DNA from: a virus
Direction: 5' to 3' (one strand)
DNA length: 64,000 nucleotides
IMG/VR virus record: IMGVR_UViG_3300025466_000012
Location: 135,684-199,683 of that record
In this document: positions 1 through 9,640 of the stretch, in pieces
Layout of the letters: each line of letters starts with the position of its first letter
How positions within the stretch are numbered: position 1 is the stretch's first letter
Notes under the pieces: generated by a model
Seen by the model: the letters and a program-made list of their open reading frames with translations, nothing else
Told to the model about the DNA's origin: nothing
Database searches by the model: none
Translations under genes and position numbers: made by a program

Positions 1-67
1 CCGAGTGGCTGGCAAGGCCAAGACAGTGGCTTCGACTGCGGCACAAGAGGCATCCGCAGAAGCATGA
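1..67 (+). CDS. 3' end of an upstream gene (partial)
   Basis: Frame 2 is open from the window start (RVAGKAKTVASTAAQEASAEA) to TGA 65-67, directly followed by a strong hairpin. Confidence 0.4.
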   Translation, partial: RVAGKAKTVASTAAQEASAEA

Positions 68-69
68 TC

Positions 70-97
70 CAGATGGGGGCCTGGCCCCCATCTGTTT
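70..97 (+). terminator. Strong hairpin, probable intrinsic terminator
   Basis: CAGATGGGGGCC (70-81) and GGCCCCCATCTG (83-94) are a perfect 12-bp inverted repeat, followed by TTT. Confidence 0.7.
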
Positions 98-133
98 GAC
101 CTCAACTTGATTGACCAGTTTTGGTTGTTGTCA

Positions 134-139
134 TAATTA
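134..139 (+). promoter_or_regulatory. Late-promoter-like motif (TAATTA variant)
   Basis: TAATTA-cttgt-ATG(145), same spacer as TAAATA-cttgt-ATG at 18515. Confidence 0.45.
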
Positions 140-144
140 CTTGT

Positions 145-375
145 ATGAGTGACGACCTTGATCCCAAACTACAGATGTCCATATACCGCCTGATGGTTGT
201 GCTGCACCACCAAGGAATCCACCGGATCCACATGGGCGGATTCATGCGTATACTGGGCATGAGCAACGAGTCTGCCAGCGAGCACGATGATGAACAGCTG
301 GTAGTGAATGATCAATTGGTTGAACTGGTGTATCAGATGACCCAGCCCAGATCGCCTGATCAGACCTTGCACTAG
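145..375 (+). CDS. Hypothetical protein
   Basis: ORF track 121..375; ATG 145 preferred because it follows the late-type motif. Confidence 0.6.
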   Translation: MSDDLDPKLQMSIYRLMVVLHHQGIHRIHMGGFMRILGMSNESASEHDDEQLVVNDQLVELVYQMTQPRSPDQTLH

Positions 376-463
376 ATTGGGTCATCTGAGCCAAATGACT
401 GGGCAATCTCTAGGTTTCTCATGACAGATTGTTGTATAATACATACATCAACAGGAGAAATAC

Positions 464-1042
464 ATGGCCGATTTACTGAAACAAGTACAGGCAACCAATA
501 TCAGCGAACTGACTCACGCAGGCAACTCTGAGCCCGGATATGACGCTCAACCGCAGGCGGATACCCTGTCTGTGTCAGTGTTGCATCCTGCAGACATCAC
601 GTCCTTGCAACTGGGATTGCCGGATTCGAGTCAATCAATGCCCCTAAATTGGCCAAGCACAGGATCGTACACAGCCGGTCTTGGTCTGATTCAAAATTAC
701 CCCAATTCTTTGTCGGTTGGTAATTTGAGCGGTGGAATTGGCACTTTTACCTTGCCCAATAGTCAACCCTGGCTCACCACTGCCAATCATTCAGGTCTTT
801 CCACCAAGATAGATCTGACAGGACCCGAGGCCGATATCATGATCAACCAGGTCAGCCTGGTTGATACCTTGCGCGGCATACAGGAACGACTCAACATATT
901 GGTACCCAATCCTGACTTGGAAAAGGAATGGGATCAGCTCAGGGCATTGGGCGAACAATACCGTGCCATGGAGATCAAGCTACAAGAGCAAGGCGACATG
1001 TGGGCCAAGCTCAAGGCCATGCCACCACCGGATATTGGTTGA
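464..1042 (+). CDS. Hypothetical protein with C-terminal coiled coil
   Basis: 192-aa ORF, SD AGGAG upstream, TATAAT at 435-440. Confidence 0.7.
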   Translation: MADLLKQVQATNISELTHAGNSEPGYDAQPQADTLSVSVLHPADITSLQLGLPDSSQSMPLNWPSTGSYTAGLGLIQNYPNSLSVGNLSGGIGTFTLPNSQPWLTTANHSGLSTKIDLTGPEADIMINQVSLVDTLRGIQERLNILVPNPDLEKEWDQLRALGEQYRAMEIKLQEQGDMWAKLKAMPPPDIG

Positions 1043-1067
1043 CTGTGCGACCCAGCTGTGTTATAAT
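1039..1067 (+). promoter_or_regulatory. sigma70-type promoter
   Basis: TTGACT (1039-1044), 17-nt spacer, TATAAT (1062-1067), extended -10 TGn. Confidence 0.75.
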
Positions 1068-1329
1068 ATATGTATATTATGTCAAAACAGTATCAAAAAA
1101 GCAGTGTTTTTGTGCATGATTGATGCCATAAACTAAGTATTTTGCAGAGTAATAAATCAAAGAGGACTTCGGAAATCCTCTTCGTTGACAAATGGTATGG
1201 GCATGCCACAAACAAAGGCATGCTCGGACAGTATGGCAAAGAAGGCCCGAGGTCTTGTGTCAATACATTGTCAATGCGTCCATTCTGGGCATCCGCTGGA
1301 GAACCCAGTCTGGTTCCAAGGAGAATAGC

Positions 1330-1887
1330 ATGACAACAAATCAAACAATCAAGCGTATCACGAATGCCACAGTCAAAACAGCCGGACTGGCCATGATCTT
1401 GTGGGCAGTTTTTATCATGACCGATAATAGACTGAACCAGCTGAGATCTCAGACCGATACTGTGCCTGGCATCACAGCAGCCGAATACAGCAAACAACTG
1501 GATTGTCTCACCCGCAACATCTACTGGGAAGCAGCCAATGAACCATTTGAAGGCAAAGTGGCCGTGGCCCAGGTCACCATGAACCGAGTTGAGTCTGGAC
1601 GTTTTGCCAACACAGTATGTGGAGTGGTCTATCAGAAAACTGTATTTTATGAAAAGATCGTGTGCCAGTTCAGCTGGTACTGCGAAGGCGGCAACAAGAA
1701 CGTGAAGGTAGTACACAACCGCCAGTGGCACGAAAGCGAAGAAGTGGCCAAGAAAGTGCTGTTGGAAGAATTCAGACTTCCGGTACTGGAGCAGGCCATG
1801 TACTATCATGCCGACCATATCAATCCGCATTGGGGCAAACCCAAATTGACCAAGATCGGTCACCACATTTTTTACTCAGAAAGCTAA
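1330..1887 (+). CDS. Cell wall hydrolase SleB/CwlJ family with N-terminal membrane anchor
   Basis: CLTRNIYWEA, GKVAVAQVTMNRV, VCGVVYQ, QFSW and IGHHIFY motifs; SD AAGGAG favours ATG 1330. Confidence 0.9.
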   Translation: MTTNQTIKRITNATVKTAGLAMILWAVFIMTDNRLNQLRSQTDTVPGITAAEYSKQLDCLTRNIYWEAANEPFEGKVAVAQVTMNRVESGRFANTVCGVVYQKTVFYEKIVCQFSWYCEGGNKNVKVVHNRQWHESEEVAKKVLLEEFRLPVLEQAMYYHADHINPHWGKPKLTKIGHHIFYSES

Positions 1888-1888
1888 C

Positions 1889-2203
1889 ATGATAATCAAA
1901 CTTGACGCTGTATTAAAAGCCGTAAATGAATGGTTCAATGTACACTTGCCCAAGATCTCGGCCGAGACCTTGCAGTGGTTGGCAGCCATAGTGTTGCATT
2001 GTGCCACTATACCTACTCTGTTGGCTCTGCTGACTGGACTCAGTGATCATACACCACCCTTGGATCTGGTGCTGTTTGCCTGGGCCGGCTTGGTCCTGCT
2101 GTTTGCTCGAGCTGTGGTACTCAAAGACAGCTTGAATACTGTGACCATAGGTGTGGGATTTGTGGTTCAGGCAGTGTTCATGGCCTTGATCTTGTTCAAG
2201 TGA
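1889..2203 (+). CDS. Small multi-pass membrane protein
   Basis: 104 aa with three hydrophobic segments. Confidence 0.7.
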   Translation: MIIKLDAVLKAVNEWFNVHLPKISAETLQWLAAIVLHCATIPTLLALLTGLSDHTPPLDLVLFAWAGLVLLFARAVVLKDSLNTVTIGVGFVVQAVFMALILFK

Positions 2204-2213
2204 TCGGTTGAAA

Positions 2214-2483
2214 ATGGCATGCAATCACAAACCGGATAGTGCCTGTCCGTTTTCGTTTACAGACCGGAGCGAACAGGTACAAAACTGGGGTTGCCTTCCC
2301 GAGCCTTATGAAATTGTAACCATGCGGGTAAAACACGGAAAAACCTGGGCTTGTCATGAAGATTGCGCACAGCCTTGCGTGGGTGCAATTCGGTTCCTTA
2401 AGCTAAACGGGCTACCATATTCTGTTGTTGATCACGAGCTTGTTACAGAAGAATCAGATTGGGCTCGGTATCTATCTGAATAA
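2214..2483 (+). CDS. Cys/His-rich hypothetical protein
   Basis: CPF, WGCLPEP, TWACHEDCAQPC; possible metal binding. Confidence 0.65.
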   Translation: MACNHKPDSACPFSFTDRSEQVQNWGCLPEPYEIVTMRVKHGKTWACHEDCAQPCVGAIRFLKLNGLPYSVVDHELVTEESDWARYLSE

Positions 2484-2495
2484 TTTGATCGATGG

Positions 2496-2524
2496 TTGAC
2501 ACAACGACGGAATTTTGTTATAAT
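2496..2524 (+). promoter_or_regulatory. Consensus sigma70 promoter
   Basis: TTGACA (2496-2501), 17 nt, TATAAT (2519-2524), with TGn extension. Confidence 0.85.
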
Positions 2525-2556
2525 AGTAGTATAAATTAACATTGTTGGAGTAACTG

Positions 2557-2952
2557 ATGACTATGCATCTTGAAGGACCGTGGTTGACCACAACAGGCAA
2601 AGTCAAGGGCAAACGCAAATGGCCCAGCGCCGAAGCCAAACGTCGGTCTGAACAACTGGAAACCGAGTGGCAACAACGCTTGGCCAAGATGAACAAAATG
2701 GCCCCTAGATTCAGCACCACACCCACGCCCACACCTAAAAAAACTGTGTTAGATACCGGTCCCAGGATTCCGCCTGGACGCGAAACTCCACACATACGAA
2801 GTCTCGACACTGGTTGGGTGGCCTGCACCAAAGGTGCTGACAAAACCTACACCGGTACCAAGGTCAAGGGCATAGGAACTATGCACAAATCCAATGCTGT
2901 GCCTATTTTTAGCGACGAAGAGGCCATTGACATAAGTAAAATGCGACGCTAA
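2557..2952 (+). CDS. Conserved hypothetical protein of T4-like phages
   Basis: C-terminal [27 protein letters not shown] motif recalled from T4-like phage proteins. Confidence 0.7.
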   Translation: MTMHLEGPWLTTTGKVKGKRKWPSAEAKRRSEQLETEWQQRLAKMNKMAPRFSTTPTPTPKKTVLDTGPRIPPGRETPHIRSLDTGWVACTKGADKTYTGTKVKGIGTMHKSNAVPIFSDEEAIDISKMRR

Positions 2953-2968
2953 AAAAGATCGGATACAG

Positions 2969-3187
2969 TTGGCCAAAGAAGAAGCGATAAAAATGGAAGG
3001 TGTGATAGAAGAAATTCTACCCAACACTACCTACAGGGTCAAGATCGCCAATTTTGAAAAACCTGTGCTGGCCAGTCTCAACGGTCGCATGCGTCAACAC
3101 AACATCAAGGTCCTGGCCGGAGATACGGTGGAACTGGAATTCAGCCCGTATGATCTCACCAGAGGCCGCATCACCAGGCGCAGATAA
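2969..3187 (+). CDS. infA: Translation initiation factor IF-1
   Basis: 72 aa; [49 protein letters not shown]; TTG start. Confidence 0.95.
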   Translation: MAKEEAIKMEGVIEEILPNTTYRVKIANFEKPVLASLNGRMRQHNIKVLAGDTVELEFSPYDLTRGRITRRR

Positions 3188-3190
3188 ATA
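3185..3190 (+). promoter_or_regulatory. T4-late-like promoter motif
   Basis: TAAATA 5 nt before the SOD ATG. Confidence 0.6.
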
Positions 3191-3195
3191 TCAGC

Positions 3196-3738
3196 ATGCG
3201 TAACATAATCGATCTTGTAGAAGCCACTACCAAACCAGCCAAGCTGGAAACCACACCCTTGCCCTACACCCATAAGGCCCTGGAGCCGGTCATGAGTGCA
3301 GAAACAATTGAATATCACTACGAGCACTTGGCCAAGGGCTATGCCAAACGATACAACGCCGGTGAAGGCGATCCTGACTTCAATCGAGCTGGCAGTTTCT
3401 TGCACAATAAATTTTTCCCACAACTGCGTGAGCCCCGAGGCGCCAACAGACCCCGAGGCGCAGTACTGGCCCTGATTGAAGAAAAATTCAAAACCTACGA
3501 AGACTTTAAAGCGGAAATGAAAAAGTCTTTTATGTCTATCCAGGGAAGCGGATGGATTTATCTGAGTACTAGCGGAGAAATTAAAGTTATACACAATCAT
3601 GCTGTAAGGACCGATATTGCATTGTTGATCGATGCTTGGGAACATGCATGGTCGCTTCAATACCAATGGGACAAAGAGAAATACCTAGATAATATTTGGA
3701 AGATAATCAACTGGGACGTATGTAACGAACGACTATGA
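3196..3738 (+). CDS. sodB: Fe/Mn superoxide dismutase
   Basis: [31 protein letters not shown] and DAWEHAW; four metal ligands present; Fe versus Mn specificity uncertain. Confidence 0.9.
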   Translation: MRNIIDLVEATTKPAKLETTPLPYTHKALEPVMSAETIEYHYEHLAKGYAKRYNAGEGDPDFNRAGSFLHNKFFPQLREPRGANRPRGAVLALIEEKFKTYEDFKAEMKKSFMSIQGSGWIYLSTSGEIKVIHNHAVRTDIALLIDAWEHAWSLQYQWDKEKYLDNIWKIINWDVCNERL

Positions 3739-4061
3739 TCACTATTACTGAAACGGCCGTGGCCAAAATACGAGATATCTTGGCCGAAGAAAATCAACCT
3801 GGACTCAAACTGCGAGTATTTGTGCAGGGCGGAGGTTGCTCGGGCATGCAGTACGGTTTCACACTGGATGATGTCCAGGGCGATGATGACTGGGCCCTGG
3901 AAATTGAAGATATCGCAGTCTTGGTAGACAGCATGAGTGGTCAGTACCTGCAGGGAGCCAGTGTAGATTATCGCGATGATGTAATGGGTGCCAGTTTTGT
4001 GATAAACAATCCGCAGGCAAAAACCACCTGCGGATGCGGCAGCAGCTTCGACCCGGGCTAG
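3735..4061 (+). CDS. erpA: A-type Fe-S cluster carrier (ErpA/IscA, HesB family)
   Basis: [17 protein letters not shown] and [14 protein letters not shown]. Confidence 0.9.
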   Translation: MITITETAVAKIRDILAEENQPGLKLRVFVQGGGCSGMQYGFTLDDVQGDDDWALEIEDIAVLVDSMSGQYLQGASVDYRDDVMGASFVINNPQAKTTCGCGSSFDPG

Positions 4062-4090
4062 AGCAAAAAAGTCAAGTCGATCCATTCTGG

Positions 4091-4096
4091 TAAATA
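4091..4096 (+). promoter_or_regulatory. T4-late-like promoter motif inside a hairpin loop
   Basis: TAAATA flanked by TCCATTCTGG and CCAGAGGATGGA, ahead of the tail fibre gene. Confidence 0.6.
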
Positions 4097-4117
4097 CAAG
4101 CCAGAGGATGGAGATCT

Positions 4118-6829
4118 ATGACTCAACAATACATCGAAGTAGGAACCAGCGCCAATGATGGCCTAGGCGATCCGTTACGCACCGCGTTCCAAAAAACCAA
4201 CGAAAATTTTACCCAGCTGTTTGAAACCCAGACCGGCAATGTGTCGGTAACTGGCAATATCGTGGGCGGAAATGTGCTGTCGCAAGCTGAAATATCAGCG
4301 CAGGGTTCGATCTATGCGTCAGGAAACATACAGGCTACCGGATACTTTTTCGGAGATGCCTCGGGCTTGTACAACATAAATGCCGGCAACATCACAGGAA
4401 GCTATGGCAATGCCAACGTGGCTGTTTTCTTGCCTACATATTCAGGCAGTATAGCCAATCTTACTGTGTCTGGCAATTTGACCGTGATCGGTAATATAAC
4501 TTCGACCGATGTGGTTGAACAGCAGGTAACTGTAATAGGCAATGTGTTGGCCGGTGGACAGGTCAGTGCCGGCGGCAACGTGATTGGCGGCAACCTAACT
4601 ACTGTTGGTATTGTAAGCTCAACTGGAAATGCCATACATGGTAACATACTAACAGCTGGCCAGATAAGCGCAGTCGGTAATGTTTCTAGCAATTATTTTA
4701 TTGGCAACGGAAGGCAATTGACTGGAATCACAGCCTACACCAATGCCAATGTGGCTGCCTACCTGCCCACATACACCGGCAACATCACAGCCGGCAATAT
4801 CAGCGTGTCGGGCACAGTCACAACCGGCAATATCAGCGTGTTGGCCAACATCACAGCCGGCAACATATTAACGGGTGGTCAGATCTCGGCCGCTGGCATA
4901 GTTACCAGTGCTGCAAATATCTCAGGTCTAAATTTACTAACCGCCGGAAACGTGAGTGCCACAGGTACTATCACAAGTGGTACCAGTTTGAATGGAGCCA
5001 ACATCTACAGTAATTTTGGTGTATATGGCCAATCAATACTTGGCAATATAATACTTGGCCTATCGATACTTGGTAACACAATTCTTGGTAATAGCTTTGT
5101 TAGTGCTGGAAATATAAGTGCCACAGGCAATATCTTGGGTGGTAATTTATCAACAGCAGGTACTGTGTATGGAGTCGAATTTGCAGGGACCACAGTAAGT
5201 GTGTTGGGTAACATCTATGGTGGCAATATCATCAATGCCGGCATAAGTTCGGTCACTGGCAACATGAGTGCTGGCAATATCAATACTGTTGGTCAGATAA
5301 GTGCCACTGGCAATATCAGCACCGCCGGTTACTTTGTTGGTGCATTTAGTGGTAGTATTTCGGGCAACGTAACAGCGCCAGGCTCAAATACACAAATTGT
5401 ATACAATAATTCGGGCAATTTGTCTGGTTCTGCTGGATTTACCTTTAATCAGTCGACTAATGCTGTAAGCATCACTGGCAATGCCACATCGGGTAACCTG
5501 TCGACAGCTGGGTTGATCTCGGCCACAGGTACTATCACAAGTGGTACCAGTTTAAATGGAGCCAACATCTACAGTAATTTTGGTGTATATGGCCAATCGA
5601 TACTTGGTAACACAATTCTTGGACTATCGATACTTGGCAATATAATACTTGGTAATAGCTTTGTTAGTGCTGGAAATATAAGTGCCACAGGCAATATCTT
5701 GGGCGGTAATTTATCAACAGCAGGTACTGTGTATGCTACAAGTTATGTTGGAACCACAGTAAGTGTGTTGGGTAACATCTATGGTGGCAATATCATCAAT
5801 GCCGGCATAAGTTCGGTCATTGGCAACATGAGTGCTGGCAATATCAATACTGTTGGTCAGATAAGTGCCACTGCCAACATAACTGGTGGCAATGTCGCAA
5901 CCGGTCGTGTTACAGCAACTGGTAATGTGGTAGCTGCTGGGTTCCAGTACGCCAACGGTACTCCTGTACAAGGGTCGGGCGCACAGGGTACCACAGGTAG
6001 TCAAGGTACGATAGGGAATACTGGCAGTCAAGGAACCACAGGTAGTCAAGGCGCTACCGGAACTCAAGGCACCACAGGTACCACTGGAAGCCAGGGAACG
6101 ACAGGTAGTCAGGGCACAAGTGGAACAAATGGCAGTCAAGGTACTGCTGGAACCACAGGTAGTCAAGGAACAACAGGTACCACTGGAAGTCAAGGTACTG
6201 CTGGAACAAATGGAAGCCAAGGAACCACAGGTAGTCAGGGTACTGCCGGAACAAATGGCAGCCAAGGTACCACTGGAAGTCAAGGAGCCACAGGCCCCAG
6301 CACAACGATCAATGCCACAGCAATAGCCACCAATGCCAACTTCTACCCGGTGTTTTTATCGGCTACTGGCTCCAATCAAACAGCCTATGCAAGTGCAAAT
6401 TTTTATCTAAATCCGTCAACCAATGTGTTGAACACCACAGCAGTCCAGGCCGAATATGCCGACTTGGCTGAATCGTATCTGGCCGATCAAGATTATCCAG
6501 CTGGTACCGTGGTCAGCTTTGGCGGCAATCAAGAAATCACTATCAGCACAATAGACAACGACAGTCGTATAGCTGGCGTGATCAGTACTAGACCGTCTTA
6601 TCAGATGAATTCTGGGCTGGTTGGCGATCATGTGGCTGCTGTTGCTCTACAAGGGCGTGTTCCGTGCCTGGTATCTGGACCGGTCACAGCCGGTGATCTC
6701 ATGGTATCAGACGGCACCGGTCGTGCCAGATCCGAACGTGAACCCAAACCCGGAGCCGTGATCGGCAAGGCATTGAAAGCATTTGATGGCGACTACGGTA
6801 CTATCGAAGTAGTAGTCGGAAGAGTCTAA
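4118..6829 (+). CDS. Long tail fibre-like protein with collagen segment and C-terminal intramolecular chaperone/autocleavage-like domain
   Basis: N-terminal GDPLRTAFQKTNENF anchor, GNI/GNV beta repeats, 36 Gly-X-Y triplets, YADLAESY...GVIST.P...ALQGRVP...GKAL C-terminus. Confidence 0.85.
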   Translation: MTQQYIEVGTSANDGLGDPLRTAFQKTNENFTQLFETQTGNVSVTGNIVGGNVLSQAEISAQGSIYASGNIQATGYFFGDASGLYNINAGNITGSYGNANVAVFLPTYSGSIANLTVSGNLTVIGNITSTDVVEQQVTVIGNVLAGGQVSAGGNVIGGNLTTVGIVSSTGNAIHGNILTAGQISAVGNVSSNYFIGNGRQLTGITAYTNANVAAYLPTYTGNITAGNISVSGTVTTGNISVLANITAGNILTGGQISAAGIVTSAANISGLNLLTAGNVSATGTITSGTSLNGANIYSNFGVYGQSILGNIILGLSILGNTILGNSFVSAGNISATGNILGGNLSTAGTVYGVEFAGTTVSVLGNIYGGNIINAGISSVTGNMSAGNINTVGQISATGNISTAGYFVGAFSGSISGNVTAPGSNTQIVYNNSGNLSGSAGFTFNQSTNAVSITGNATSGNLSTAGLISATGTITSGTSLNGANIYSNFGVYGQSILGNTILGLSILGNIILGNSFVSAGNISATGNILGGNLSTAGTVYATSYVGTTVSVLGNIYGGNIINAGISSVIGNMSAGNINTVGQISATANITGGNVATGRVTATGNVVAAGFQYANGTPVQGSGAQGTTGSQGTIGNTGSQGTTGSQGATGTQGTTGTTGSQGTTGSQGTSGTNGSQGTAGTTGSQGTTGTTGSQGTAGTNGSQGTTGSQGTAGTNGSQGTTGSQGATGPSTTINATAIATNANFYPVFLSATGSNQTAYASANFYLNPSTNVLNTTAVQAEYADLAESYLADQDYPAGTVVSFGGNQEITISTIDNDSRIAGVISTRPSYQMNSGLVGDHVAAVALQGRVPCLVSGPVTAGDLMVSDGTGRARSEREPKPGAVIGKALKAFDGDYGTIEVVVGRV
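4958..5873 (+). repeat. 352-nt internal direct repeat (4958-5309 and 5522-5873)
   Basis: Both copies start gccacaggtactatcacaagtggtaccag and end ggtcagataagtgccactg; period 564 nt. Confidence 0.9.
5978..6301 (+). repeat. Collagen-like Gly-X-Y repeat (GSQ/GTT-rich)
   Basis: 36 uninterrupted triplets from GAQ to GPS. Confidence 0.9.
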
Positions 6830-6830
6830 C

Positions 6831-9638
6831 ATGCACCAACCACAATGGGTGACTCCGGCTGGTGATTTGGGAACCATACCAGAAGGTATTTTTTACAGTG
6901 TTCCTATAGTGGCCGTAGATCCTGAGATCACAGTCACAGCCACCGGAGCCAACCTCACCGGTGGTATCGCCTATATAGAATTCGCCGGGCAGACCGGTAT
7001 AACCTATCCGTTGTCAAGCTCGGTGGTATTGACCGGATTTGTACCCCATGAATTGAACGGTACTTACACAGTGGTACGCAGTTCTTCCACAGCCATTGGC
7101 ATAATCAACAATACCACCGGATCAGTAACGACCTTGGGCACCATAACCAATGTTCCAGACACCATCACCTATGAAGTGGTAGCTGGGCAGTTGCCGGCTG
7201 GCGTGGCCATAGACACATTTGGTGTGGTGCATGGAGTTCCCGGTGCTGGCGTGGGTGGGGTGCCTGGTCTGGTTCCAAAAGATACGGCCAGTCAGTTTGC
7301 TATACGAGCACGCAACGGTTACAGCTTGGCCGACCGTACATTCAATCTCACCGTGACTGTGAGCAATCAGCCCTATTTTGTTACCCCTGCTGGCCAAGTT
7401 GGTGTGTACATCACTGGTGATCAGATTGAGAATCTCACGATTGAAACATACAATCCTGACATTTATGGAGCCAAACTGGTACGCCTAGTTTCGGGCAGTT
7501 TGCCACCGGGCCTGTCTATCGACTCAGCAGGTGTCATTTCGGGCGTGGTAGAACCAGCAGTGTTGCCCGGAGCTGCTCCGGCTGGATTTGATGCCAACAT
7601 TACACAATTGGGCACCATTCCCACTGTGGGGGTCGACCCACAGGTCGCACTGGATACAGCCTACCCGGTTTCCATTTATAACAGTGGCGTCATTGATGTT
7701 GCCACTGGCAATCTATGGGTGCAGATTGGTAATCAGCCACTGGGTCCACAGTATTCAAGCCAGTGGAACAATTATGGATTGGCATCTCAAGTGTCAATAA
7801 ATCAAGGTTTTGATCAGGCCGGCTTTGATTTTGCCAGCAGTCTCAACGCACCAGTCACCAACTATGAATTCACTCTGCAGGTCACCAACGGTCAAAACAG
7901 CAACTTACGAACATTCACTATAGAAGTGTATGCTCGCACCATCATGAGTGCCGACACTACCTACATCACGACCGACAACACCTACATCACAGCCGACGTG
8001 TACAATCTCACTACTCCGGTTGTTACTACCCCAACCGGCAGCATTGGATCAGTGCGTACCGGCAACTTCTTTGCCTTCCAATTTACAGGACAAAACATCG
8101 ACGGAGATCCGTTTGTGTTTGCTATAGATTCTGTGCCAGCTGGTCTGACTCTGGATCCAAATTCCGGCTGGCTGTATGGGCTGGTACCTGCCACGGGCAT
8201 ACTCACAACCACATACAATTTTGTTCTGAGAGCCATTGATGTGGCCGATCCTACCTTGATCAGCGCACCTTACAACTACAGTCTCACTGTGGTTGGATCC
8301 TTGAACAGCGACATAGTCTGGATCACACCCAGCGTGCTGGGAACCATTTCAAATGGTGCCACCAGTACCTTGTATGTACAGGCCCGCAGCGTGTCGGGAC
8401 TGGTACTGCAATACAGTCTGGCTGGCACTGCGCCAGGACAACCATCAACCTACAATCTACTACCGCAAGGACTGGAGTTGTTGCCGTCTGGGCACATAGC
8501 CGGACGAGTCAGTTTTGACACTTTTGCCCTGGATGGTGGAACCACGACCTTTGATCGAGGTCTACCGGTGGGTGAAACCACGTTTGATCTTGTGTTCACA
8601 TTTACAGTGACAGTGACCAGCACCAACGGTGCAGTCAATGCCAATCAGACGTTTAGTATCCGTGTTTTGCGCACATTCAACGAGCCGTTTGACAATCTTT
8701 ACATACAGGCATTGCCACCCGTGGCCGATCGCAGTTTGATCAATAGCCTGGTACAGAACATCAACATATTCCCACCAGGCCTGATCTATCGCAACGATGA
8801 TCCCAACTTTGGCGTAGCACGGCAGGTGGTATACGAGCATGCGTATGGTCTCACAGCCGCCACGCTTGACAGTTATGTGTCAGCCATGAATCTCAATCAC
8901 TATTGGAAGAATCTGGTTTTGGGATCGGTACAAACAGCACAGGCCCTGGACGACAACGGAAATATCATGTACGAAGTGGTCTACAGTCCCATCGTTGATG
9001 ATTTGGTCAATTCGGTCGGACAAAGCGTGGGCAAGAGTGTGACATTGCCTTATAGTGTGGAAACAGGTACCGGCACGGTCAGCACAGTGTATCCCAACAG
9101 CTTGGTTGATATGCGGACTCAGATTATCGATCAGATCGGTCAGGTCAGCAATGTGTTGCCTAGATGGATGTTGAGCAAACAGGCCAACGGGTCGGTGTTG
9201 GGCTTCACACCGGCCTGGGTCATTGCCTACACTCAACCTGGCGCCAGCGGACAAATTGCATACAATATCAACACACAGTTTGGTATCGAACGATTGAACT
9301 TGATAGATTTTGAAGTGGACCGATACGAATTGGACAACTTGTTGACGGTGAATTGGAATCGAGAGTTGCAACAATGGCAACCGACACCACCCACTGTGAC
9401 TGTGTTTGATTTTGCGCACAATCCAGCCAACACCACCTGGGTCAATGCACTCAATCCGGTCCTGGTGTTGCCTTGGGTCAACGACTACGGCGATACAGTG
9501 TCTTGGAGCTATTCTACCCCACCCGGAACCACGTTTGACGGTGGCAGCCTGCAATTTATTGATCCGGTGGACATGTATAGCTCGACCACAGCGTATGATA
9601 AATATCTAGTATTCCCTAGCCGCACAATTTTAGGATAA
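6831..9638 (+). CDS. Virion structural protein with putative Ig-like (He_PIG-type) repeats, probable baseplate component
   Basis: Repeated LPAGVAID, LPPGLSID, VPAGLTLD, LPQGLEL..G.I.G motifs; lies within the tail block. Confidence 0.7.
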   Translation: MHQPQWVTPAGDLGTIPEGIFYSVPIVAVDPEITVTATGANLTGGIAYIEFAGQTGITYPLSSSVVLTGFVPHELNGTYTVVRSSSTAIGIINNTTGSVTTLGTITNVPDTITYEVVAGQLPAGVAIDTFGVVHGVPGAGVGGVPGLVPKDTASQFAIRARNGYSLADRTFNLTVTVSNQPYFVTPAGQVGVYITGDQIENLTIETYNPDIYGAKLVRLVSGSLPPGLSIDSAGVISGVVEPAVLPGAAPAGFDANITQLGTIPTVGVDPQVALDTAYPVSIYNSGVIDVATGNLWVQIGNQPLGPQYSSQWNNYGLASQVSINQGFDQAGFDFASSLNAPVTNYEFTLQVTNGQNSNLRTFTIEVYARTIMSADTTYITTDNTYITADVYNLTTPVVTTPTGSIGSVRTGNFFAFQFTGQNIDGDPFVFAIDSVPAGLTLDPNSGWLYGLVPATGILTTTYNFVLRAIDVADPTLISAPYNYSLTVVGSLNSDIVWITPSVLGTISNGATSTLYVQARSVSGLVLQYSLAGTAPGQPSTYNLLPQGLELLPSGHIAGRVSFDTFALDGGTTTFDRGLPVGETTFDLVFTFTVTVTSTNGAVNANQTFSIRVLRTFNEPFDNLYIQALPPVADRSLINSLVQNINIFPPGLIYRNDDPNFGVARQVVYEHAYGLTAATLDSYVSAMNLNHYWKNLVLGSVQTAQALDDNGNIMYEVVYSPIVDDLVNSVGQSVGKSVTLPYSVETGTGTVSTVYPNSLVDMRTQIIDQIGQVSNVLPRWMLSKQANGSVLGFTPAWVIAYTQPGASGQIAYNINTQFGIERLNLIDFEVDRYELDNLLTVNWNRELQQWQPTPPTVTVFDFAHNPANTTWVNALNPVLVLPWVNDYGDTVSWSYSTPPGTTFDGGSLQFIDPVDMYSSTTAYDKYLVFPSRTILG

Positions 9639-9640
9639 AA

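Noticed and set aside
374-409. Bulged hairpin after ORF 145..375 as a terminator
   Set aside because: The stem is interrupted by a 3-nt bulge and has no adjacent U-tract.
3433-3461. 11-nt direct repeat ccccgaggcgc in the SOD gene
   Set aside because: Only two short copies encoding PRGA twice; no evidence of function.
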